From NCBI GenBank assembly GCA_943788985.1, contig CALSSJ010000023.1, positions 110,984-174,983 of the forward strand: a DNA stretch of 64,000 nt, read 5' to 3'. A program made the position numbers and the translations under genes. The stretch comes from an uncultured Lentisphaerales bacterium. Lineage in GTDB: Bacteria; Verrucomicrobiota; Lentisphaeria; JABSQK01; UBA12247. The notes beneath the pieces were generated by a model, which worked only from the letters and a program-made list of their open reading frames with translations, had not been told where the DNA came from and made no database searches. Below, piece after piece: positions 9,992-19,000 of this stretch (its first letter is position 1; every line of letters begins with the position of its first letter).

Positions 9992-11011
9992 CTACGCGTA
10001 GGTCGCGACTCGTACTTCGACCACTTGGCAGCCGATCAATTGAAACGCCTGAGTGACACGAAGGAGATGCTCGTCATCCGTAAAAGTGCCGACGATGGCG
10101 CCGCCTGAGCCGCACTGCTTCGCATGGCTACCGTTATGCCTAGCCGTCTCGACCATCTCTAGGTTCATCGGCGCGAGGTCGTACACCGAGCGCCTGAGCT
10201 CAAAGTCACGCGTCATCAGAGGCCCAATCGCATCCTTGTCCGCACGCTCGATCACCACTCTGGCTTCTTCTACTAATTCCGCCTTCTGCGCCATGACCCG
10301 GAGGATGGCCTTTTTCTGATCCTCTGGCCGCCTCTGGATATTCCCATGGACTCGCCCCGAGGACTCCGAGAGCCGCTCGTCATAGGCTACGTATAGCCGG
10401 GGTAGGTTCGCCGGGTCAAGACGCTTGTAATCTCCATACAGGTTATAATTCCGCTCAAAGGCGTCGCGCGTAAAGTCCATATAGACGAGGCCGCCGTAGA
10501 TGGATACCACGCGGTCCTGGGGCCCAGCTACGATACCAAGCTCCAGGGTTTCAGCTTCGAGAATTATATTTGCCTGAATTGGAAGCGGAATGTCCGTATC
10601 CGCCAAATCATAGAATTTCATCAGGCAGACCAACGTGGCGCGGGCAATGGCACTGGACCCAGCAAGGCCCACGCGAAACGGGATGTTGGAACTGTAGGCC
10701 AGATGAAAACTGCGCTTTCCGTCGAGTTGGATATTGAGTCGCTGGCAATGCCGATGTAGCCGGACAATGGTGGCCTCGATGATCCGAATCCCGCCATAGT
10801 AGCCAAACTCTCGGCGAAAATGTACCAACTCATCGAGTCCGGCAAACGCGCGCCCATCGTGGTTGGTCCGCTCAATCTCAATCCGCTCCGATTCTGTGAT
10901 GGTGACCTCTGCCTGGAATGCATCAAGCAGCAGGCTGATGGTCCGCCCATGAAAGAGATCAGAAGGGTTCCCAACCAGTCCGGTTCGGGGGTAGGCAACG
11001 GTGCGAATCAT
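9992..11011 (-). CDS. GHMP-family sugar kinase, glucuronokinase-like
   Basis: PRTGLVGNPSD..HGRTIS, GYYGG.R, Y.SNIPFRVGLAGSSA (GHMP PxxxGLxSSA loop), E..ELGIVAG.QDRV...YGGLVYMDF and K.CGSGGA. ATG at 11011 preferred over TTG at 11017. Confidence 0.85.
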   Translation of the reverse strand: MIRTVAYPRTGLVGNPSDLFHGRTISLLLDAFQAEVTITESERIEIERTNHDGRAFAGLDELVHFRREFGYYGGIRIIEATIVRLHRHCQRLNIQLDGKRSFHLAYSSNIPFRVGLAGSSAIARATLVCLMKFYDLADTDIPLPIQANIILEAETLELGIVAGPQDRVVSIYGGLVYMDFTRDAFERNYNLYGDYKRLDPANLPRLYVAYDERLSESSGRVHGNIQRRPEDQKKAILRVMAQKAELVEEARVVIERADKDAIGPLMTRDFELRRSVYDLAPMNLEMVETARHNGSHAKQCGSGGAIVGTFTDDEHLLRVTQAFQLIGCQVVEVRVATYA

Positions 11012-11504
11012 AGTCAACGTCCAGCTTGTAGCAAAGGGAAATAAGCCTCGAAAACTATACCTGCAAGATCGAGAGTTGCGATGTTCGCAAAGTCCATCGC
11101 CAAAGTTACAGCTTTCTCCTAGCCCTTGAGTAAATATCAGTCAATCAGTTTCAGGAGAGATCAATGCTATAACTACACATTCCCTTTGAGGATGCCCTGC
11201 TCGATTTGAAGAGCGGCTGCACGGTGATGGGGCGTTGTGAAGGGGGGAGTCGCGATGTGAGCCCGATTCACTCCGCCCCAAGATTGGGACGGTTGTGCTA
11301 TCAGCAGAAGATCAAGATCTCATGTTTGCCGCCGATGCGTGTCCGCTTGATCTAGCCGCAGAGCTCTTGATCCGGCTATGAGACCTTGAGTCGTTGTGTC
11401 ACGATGCCGGGTCGAACACCAAAACAACAACCGCATTCGCTGACAACGGGACGCGCACCGAGAAAGCCAGATCTTTTTCTGCCGCCCGCGGCAGCAGGTG
11501 CTTC

Positions 11505-12938
11505 TTAGCTGACGTCGCGTACCAGAACCGTGTCACCGCGCACACTGAAGGCGCGAATCTCAGAAATCGCCACAACGCAGTCTCCTGCCTGTAAGTGGCC
11601 CTGCTCCTTGAGATGGCTAATGGCCGTCTCCACATCATTGAGCGGCGCCTCTTCGCAGAATTCAATCAGATGCGGCTGCAACCCCCAATGGAGCGTGAGC
11701 TGCGGTAAGACCTTACGATCATTGGTAAAGCAGTGAATCGGGGTCAGGCTGGGCCGAAACCAAGAGGCGTACCGTGCCATCGTGCCCGTGTGGGTAAACA
11801 CGATGAGTGCGGAAGCCCCGAGTTCACCAGCCATACTGGCGGCTGCTTTCATGATATGAGCGGGGCGTGCATCGACTTGAGCACCGGCGGAAAACCCTGC
11901 CTTCTCTCCCTCTTCGGTGCGCTGGGCGATGCGATCCATCACTTCGACACAGCGAAGCGGGTAGCTGCCAATCGATGTTTCTCCGGAGAGCATGATCGCG
12001 TCAGCCTCCTCGAATACAGCATTCGCGACGTCTGTGATCTCGGCCCGGGTCGGAGACGGTGTTTCAACCATGGACTCGAGCATATGGGTCGCGACAATGA
12101 CGGTGCGGCCGCGCTCGACGCATTGCTTGACTACGCTGCGCTGAATAAGCGGCAGGTCTTCGTACGGGCACTCAATCCCGAGATCGCCGCGGGCGACCAT
12201 GATCCCGTCAGCGACGTCAATGATCTCCTTACAGTTTCGAATGCCCTCTTGGTCCTCGAGCTTGGCAATGATGCGCTGATTTGCCCCGTCGTGATATTCA
12301 AGAATGCCCCGCAGCTTGACCACATCACTGGCTTCACGGACAAAGGACATGGCAAAGAAATCAACTTCCATTTCGATGCCCAAGTTGATATCACGAATAT
12401 CTTTCTTGGTCAGCGCCGGGAGGTTTACCCGAACCCCTGGCAGGTTGATGTGCTTGCGGCTGGCCAGGACGCCGGCAGTAAGTACTTCGCAGTGCAGCTG
12501 ATTGCGGCGCTTCTCAAGGACACGCAGATGGATGTCGCCATTGTCCACGATGACCACATTGCCAATGCCAATGGTGTCGACAAGGTCATCATAGTTCACG
12601 TCTACCGACTGGTGCTCTTCTGAGGTCTCGCCACGCACCGTCAAAACAAGCTTCGCGCCTACAGCGAGCTCCAACGGCTGCTCTACATCGCCTGTCCTAA
12701 TCGCGGGGCCCTGGGTATCCATGAGAATCCCTACGGGAATGTTCAGCTCCGCGCTGATTGTCCGAATGTTGTCGACAATGCTTCGGGCGCTCTCGTGGGT
12801 CGCATGGGACATATTCAATCTCGCTACATTCATGCCTCCTTTAATTAACTCGCGGATCATCTCCGGAGAATCGGTCGCTGGACCGATGGTGGCGAGAATT
12901 TTTACGCGTCGATTGATGTTGCCCATAGATTTTCCCAT
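11505..12938 (-). CDS. pyk: Pyruvate kinase
   Basis: RRVKILATIGPAT, ARLNMSH, MDTQGP.IR, KHINLPG, IIAKLE, DGIMVARGDLGIE, ATHMLESM, PTRAEITDVANA and IMLSGETS.G.YP. The start is probably ATG 12938 or 12926 rather than 13007. Confidence 0.96.
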   Translation of the reverse strand: MGKSMGNINRRVKILATIGPATDSPEMIRELIKGGMNVARLNMSHATHESARSIVDNIRTISAELNIPVGILMDTQGPAIRTGDVEQPLELAVGAKLVLTVRGETSEEHQSVDVNYDDLVDTIGIGNVVIVDNGDIHLRVLEKRRNQLHCEVLTAGVLASRKHINLPGVRVNLPALTKKDIRDINLGIEMEVDFFAMSFVREASDVVKLRGILEYHDGANQRIIAKLEDQEGIRNCKEIIDVADGIMVARGDLGIECPYEDLPLIQRSVVKQCVERGRTVIVATHMLESMVETPSPTRAEITDVANAVFEEADAIMLSGETSIGSYPLRCVEVMDRIAQRTEEGEKAGFSAGAQVDARPAHIMKAAASMAGELGASALIVFTHTGTMARYASWFRPSLTPIHCFTNDRKVLPQLTLHWGLQPHLIEFCEEAPLNDVETAISHLKEQGHLQAGDCVVAISEIRAFSVRGDTVLVRDVS

Positions 12939-12985
12939 AGTTTTGTGTAGCAGAAAGCGCTGGCTTCGGGAGCCCAAGCGCGATG

Positions 12986-13032
12986 TAAAAACACCAACGA
13001 GCACCAATCCTCGCTGGGCGAAGATTGGTGCT
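12986..13032 (-). terminator. Probable intrinsic terminator after the giant gene
   Basis: On the minus strand AGCACCAATCTTCGC-CCA-GCGAGGATTGGTGCT forms a 15-bp stem with one G-U pair, followed by CGTTGGTGTTTTT. It lies about 30 bp past the stop at 13063. Confidence 0.6.
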
Positions 13033-13062
13033 GTTAGCGTTCAGCTCGAAGCTGGGTCGCAA

Positions 13063-16000
13063 CTACTCGAAGTGAATCACACGTTCCTGGTCGCTGTTGA
13101 CCCAGTAGCCCTTCCCGGCCTTGAGCGGCAGCGGATCCGTCAGGTCGAGCGGGCGATAGCTCCCACGCGAGTACTCAGACACCTTACTAGGATCAATCCC
13201 GTCAGGCACTGCCATATCTCGCGTCGGGCCAATCAAGTTCCAGCCTTCCTTGAGCACGATCGTCAGCGGTGCATGATAGCCACCGACCACGATTGTAGCC
13301 GCGATGTCACGTGGGTTAAGGACCCAATAGCCCTCGCCAGCACGAATCTCGGTCGCAGCGATATAGCTGCCGTTGAGGAAGGTCCAGGCGGCGCCACTGA
13401 TAATGCGCCCGGTATTGTTGGCGAAGACCAGGTCTGGATCTGGGTCGTTAGGCGTGATTGGGAAGGAGATCAGGTTCCAGCCCGCATCCAGCGTCAGGCT
13501 AACGGTCCGGCTGCTCTGCGCAATCATCACCCGGAAGACGCGTGTCGTCCGCTCGGTATTCCCCGAGATATCGATGCCGACACGTCGCTCAGCCAACATA
13601 TCCAGCTCCGTACCAGGGATTGGTGCGAAGTCGCTGTCTGGGTCTACTTCTACCCAAGTCAGCGGCAAGTCAGACCGTGGCAGCAGGATTGGGTCCCACT
13701 CGATGCGCACTTCTGTAGGCTGATCCCCAAAGTCAAGGTAGAGATACCAGGTCGCTGCATCGCCAAACGGACGCATGTCAAGGGACAGCGCGGAGTGCCC
13801 TTCGGTGAAGCCTGCAGAGAAGAAGCTTCCGGATGGCACACTGGTGCCGTCCGGTAGTGGGGTCGGTCCGTTGACGTTGCCGAAGAAGGCGGGAATGTTC
13901 AGCGAGGTGGGCAGATCCACATCAAGGTTTTCATCCCAGCCATGGCTTGCGCCAGCCAGCCAGCCAATCCCGACTGTCTGCGTCGGCGCTTCAGAGCCAT
14001 CCCCAAAACGCTTGTCGACGCGCAGGGTCGCAAGCCAGGCCTGCTGCTCAATCTCGACTTCAACACTGAGCGGACTGTCCGCACTTACTTCACCAGCCGG
14101 ATTCCGTGCGAACACAGAGACCGCCCATTCCTGGCCAGCCTGCGTAAAGCGGTGGTCCAGGACACGATCCTCTGTGACCATGACCTGCACGCCGTCCACG
14201 TACCAGCGGTAGAAGAGCTGATGACCGGACAGCACCGTTGCTGGGTCTACGTCGGCGAAGAGATCGTCGGTGACCTGTGCGTTCGTGGGGCGCAGCACAG
14301 GCTGCGCTGGCGAGCTCACGAAGACCCCTGGTACCGGGTTGGCCAAAACCAGGATGCCGTACTCAGAAGCGAGCGTACCAAACTGATGATGCGGGGCAAC
14401 ACGGATGTAGTAGGTGCCTGGGTCCACGACCACTTTGAAGCGGGCAGCCAGATTGAATTCCGGATGCGCGAACGAACGATAGTCATCATTGAAAATGATC
14501 GCACGCTCGAAATCGCCTTCGCTGTATAGCCACATGCGCGTATCAACGCCAAGATCCAGGCGCGTTCCAGTATCTCGGGCCGGATTGCGAATCCGCTGCT
14601 CGATCTCGTCCACGGTACGACCGGTAGCGACTTCGACCTCAGAAGTTTGCAGAACTGTAAACTTCATCCAGTCCTCGTCTTCCAAGAAGAACGAGTGGGC
14701 CTGCCCTTCGAACGTACCTTCCAGCGAAAGAGAATTGCCCTCTTCCTCGGTATTTTCGGTGTCTGAACCGGAATTGTTGTTGCTTTCGTTGGTGTTACCG
14801 GACTCCTCGACGGTGCTGAACCCACCCGACTGATCGCCGCTGTTCTCGTCACCGCCACCGCCGCCGCCGCCGCTACCATTCTCTTGGTCCGTGGAGCTGT
14901 TGAACACATCAAAGCCGTTGACCAAGATCCGACGCGCTTCCTGCGGTGTATCATTGGGCTCGTAGGTCTCGGCATCGATGACCAAGGAACTCGTTCCTTC
15001 TCCGCCACCTCCTCCGCCACCACCTTCGTCATCCTCGTTGGAACCGGGCAAGCCGAAGCCTGGGAAGACGGTGACTGTTTGGGACCGCGCTGGCTCGCTG
15101 CGGTTGCCGAACGTATCCACGGCCTGCACTTCGCAGTAGACCAGAACGCCTTCTAGACGATGATTCTCAGTCGCCAACATGGTGCTGATGATATTGCTGT
15201 CGATCGCAAACTCAACCTGAGCCTGGCCTGCGGTCAGGATGATACTGCCTTCAAGAATATCGCCATCGTCCGGCGCAAGTACGTCGGTACCAGTACCACT
15301 GAGCAAGTCGTCAAGTTCAGTGCCTGTCACGCTCGTGTCGACGAAGCCTGGGAAGCCGATCTCTTTCCGTCCGCCAGTTTCGATCACACCTTCGGTGGTT
15401 GTGCGCGAGCGGCGTTCCAGCTGTTGGTAGGTATTGGTCACACGGTTGAAACCGTACCACTCGAAGAAGTATGACACCACGTCCCCATCGGGATCAACGG
15501 CAGGCAGGGTGAGAACACAACGAATGTCGTCGTCTTCAGCACGAGGCTGAGCCGGCTCGATCGCAATCGCAGGCGGCTCTGGCCGGCTGTTAGTGCCAAC
15601 CCCGCCGCCGTGGACAAAGCTGTTGCTGTAGCTAGGAGCGCTGCGACGCCCGGTGGCGGTGTTGTTTCCGTCTACCTCATCGGTGACGTAAGCCTCCAGT
15701 TTGACCACATCACCGACCCGCAGCTGCGCGTGACCATATGACAGGTCGACCAGCATTAGCGACCAATCCGTGATGGCAATGCCCTGGTTCTTGATCCAGC
15801 GCGTGAAGACATGGACTTGATCGCCGTCGGCGTCTGTAGGTTCGGTCGTCAGCGTGCCGATGTAATGCTCAGCGCGCTCATCCTCGTCCAGATCGGCCTG
15901 GGAGACCACGTACTCGGCTACGGTCGGCGAGCTTTGAGCGGCGTCTACAGTAACTGCTTCACTCCATACCCAAGTACTCGCACCACCGTCTTCATCCACG

Positions 16001-19000
16001 GCACGTACAGAGACGCGGTAGCTGCGGCTCCCGGCCTGTACGGTCCAATGACGTGCGGTTGCATCAGCAATGGGCTCCATGCAGGTCGTGTCGACACAAC
16101 CTGCATCGTCGATGTACCACTGATACTCATAGCTGAACATGTCACCATTCGGATCAAAGGCACCACGCGGGTGCGCGGTCAGCACGCTGTCCACACCAGG
16201 CGACTGCGGGTCAATGTCGACGATTAAGTTCATGACATTCGGCTCATCATTGGCTTGTACCAAGGTAGCCCGGGCATTGGTAGCTGTGGTAAGTTGCAAG
16301 GCATGTACCCAGCGGTCTGTATCGACCAGCGACTGCGACAGCAGGCGCTCGTAAGGCAGCCAGTCGGCATGCCAGACGAAGTCCTGAATGGTTGGTGTCA
16401 CAGGGTTGACAACCCAGTTGCGACCGGAGGTCGGATCAATGTCCACCTTGTAGGCAGCCTCATCGCTGCGATAGATCGCACCGATGTAGGTGGTAGCCAC
16501 AGCGTCTTCCGCGGCCTGGTCAGCGACCGTCAGGACCATTGGACCATCGTCGAACTTCAGGTACAAGCCCAGATTCAGCGGAGTTGCCCAGTCATTCACG
16601 CCTGGGAAGAAGGCATCCTGCAGGGTGACGTAGTCATCCCACATGTCCTCGGTTGCTTCCCAAGTCGCGTTGCTGTTGGTATCGCCAAAGTAGAGGGCTG
16701 CGAGGCTGCCCGGGGCATCCTGAATCAACGTGCCATCATCGCTGGCGACTGTGAAGTCAGGAATAAGGACAACCGCTGCATTCTCGTCCACAGTCACTGT
16801 AGGATCATGAGAGCCCGGCAGGATCACAGTATCGATCACGGTTTCCTCAGTCTCCCCTTCGACGAGAACCGGTTCATCGTAGACGTTGTTACCATTCTGA
16901 TCGATCCAGAGCCCCTCATGTGCGTCGCGAGTCTGGTTCAAGTTTGCGTCAAAGTAGCGTGCCTGAGCCAGCAGTAGTCCCTGTGTACCGGCAGTAGTTT
17001 CCCACAGACCGTCGGTCGACAGCTGCGAGTCAATGCCTGGATCGTAGACGGATTCCTGTGGTACCAGCCCAGAACGGAAGGTATCGAGGTTGCCGAGCAC
17101 AATCTCAACATCGCGGTTATAGGCTTCCTTGATTTCTGCCTCGGTGCGGACGTCACCCCAAATACGCACTTCGTCGAGGTCACCCACGAAGTTGTGTGTC
17201 GAGATGCTGTCGCTTACGTCGTCTACATCTACCGATGCACCGATGCGGATCACGGCAAGCTTGTCGAGATCCTTCGGCTTGGCGCTACCGAAAGCATTGA
17301 TGTTGCGAGCTACTTCCACCCCGTTCACGTAAAGGAACATGGAGTTATTGGCAGCATTGAAGGTACCCAGAATGTGCGTCCAGACGAAGTTTTCGTCAGC
17401 GGATTGGATCGGCGTGCCAGCCTTGACCTTGCGGACAACGGTCGGCGTACTCCAGAGCACGTAAGGCCGCTCATCGGTATCGATACCGAGCTCATAGCTG
17501 ATCACGTCAGCGTCTCCATTCAGGCTCAGGGAGCGTTGAATAATGACCATTCGGCGGTCAGGATCGGCGTGAAGGGTCAGATCCAGCTGTGGACGAACCC
17601 AGGCTTCCACCGTCCAGCTCTCATAGCCGAGGCGCTGTGCGTCCGGATCGTCTTCCACGGCCACATTGGCGTCGGACTGGCCGATGTTCACCAGCGGCAC
17701 GTCGAGGAAGGTCGCACCATCCAGGTTCAAGACCAGGTTCTGCACCCCCTTGTACTTGAGGCTATTCAGCGGATCGCTAAGGAAGCCCAGTTCGGCGTCG
17801 TTGTGCTCGACGATGTCGGCGATGCCGTCATCATCAGTATCAGGCAATTGACGGTCGGTGTTCTGCTGAATTTCGTCGGTGTCAGCCACGTCATCATTAT
17901 CAGTATCGACATCGAAGTTGTCAGCAACCCATGGGTCGGTCCCAGCGAGGTACTCGAGACGGTTGGTACGGCCATCCTCGTCAGGGTCACCGTCAGTTCC
18001 GTGGATGCCGGTGGCATCGAGCGGGTCCAGCGAGACTGCGCTGGAGTTGGTTGAGATAACCTCCCAGCCGTCCGGCAGCAAGTCGCCATCGGTGTCAGGA
18101 TTGCGCGGCTCTGTGCCACGATTCTGCTCACCTGCGTTGTCCAGCGCGTCGTTGTCGGTGTCTTCCTCGCCGTCCAACGTACCGTCACCGTCGGTGTCGT
18201 TGTTGAGCGGATCGAAGGAGTTTGCAACTTCCCAGCCGTCCTTGAGCGAGTCACCATCGGTATCAGCAACAGTTGGCTTGGTGCCAAGCTGCAGTTCGCG
18301 AATGTTGGTCAGGTCGTCTGCATCCGGGTCGCCGTCTGCGCCATTGTCGCCGCTGGCGTCGTTCGGATCCAGGTCATTCTCGACCTCGGCCTTGTCGCCC
18401 ATGGCGTCACCATCGCTGTCAGCGCTGGTTGGGTCAGTAGCATCACCCCAGAGACTGCGGTCAGATGAGCTGATCAGGATGGCTCCAGTGGAGCCCGCGA
18501 AGGCTGCCTGATTGTCAGCACCGAGGAACTCAGAGATGTTGTTCAGACCGTCACCGTCGGCGTCATCAAAGGCATCGTCGGCTTTTGGCAGCAGGCTGAA
18601 AAGGACTTCAAATCCGTCATCCATACCATCTGCATCGGTGTCACGATGCTGTGGATTAGTATCCGCGTCGTATTCCTGCAGGTTCAGCAGGCCATCGTTG
18701 TCCGGATCACCAGTTGCCCCGTTGTCGCCAGTGGCGTCGAATGGATCCAGGCCGTTGGCGTTCTCCCAGAAGTCGGGCATGCCATCATTATCGCTGTCCA
18801 TGTCTGAAAGGTCAGGCACTACCGTATCGAAGGCATAGTCGCCACGGCCCAAAGCGGCCACGGTGAAGTCATTCGGAATCGCGTGATCCTCGGCACCAAA
18901 CTTGTGCTCGTAGGGCGGGTTGCTCGTCCCGTACTCGCCGTCATCCATGCGGAAGTAGCTGCTCAAGCCGTCTTCAGTCGCGGCCAACGTGGAGTCCTTA

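Larger units (their letters stand above)
1855..11090. repeat. Dispersed 15-bp palindrome TTGCG-N5-CGCAA
   Basis: Copies with perfect arms at 1855, 2086, 2545, 3192, 7962 and 11076 (plus 60966). Near-copies at 2764, 4230, 4559, 5377, 6811 and 7722. Confidence 0.75.

Noticed and set aside
11474..11495. GC hairpin CTGCCGC..GCGGCAG after pyk as a terminator
   Set aside because: On the transcribed (-) strand it is followed by an A run rather than a U run, and the stem is short.
11018..11504. tRNA, ncRNA or small gene in the ~490-bp spacer
   Set aside because: No cloverleaf, known RNA motif or convincing ORF could be recognised by eye.
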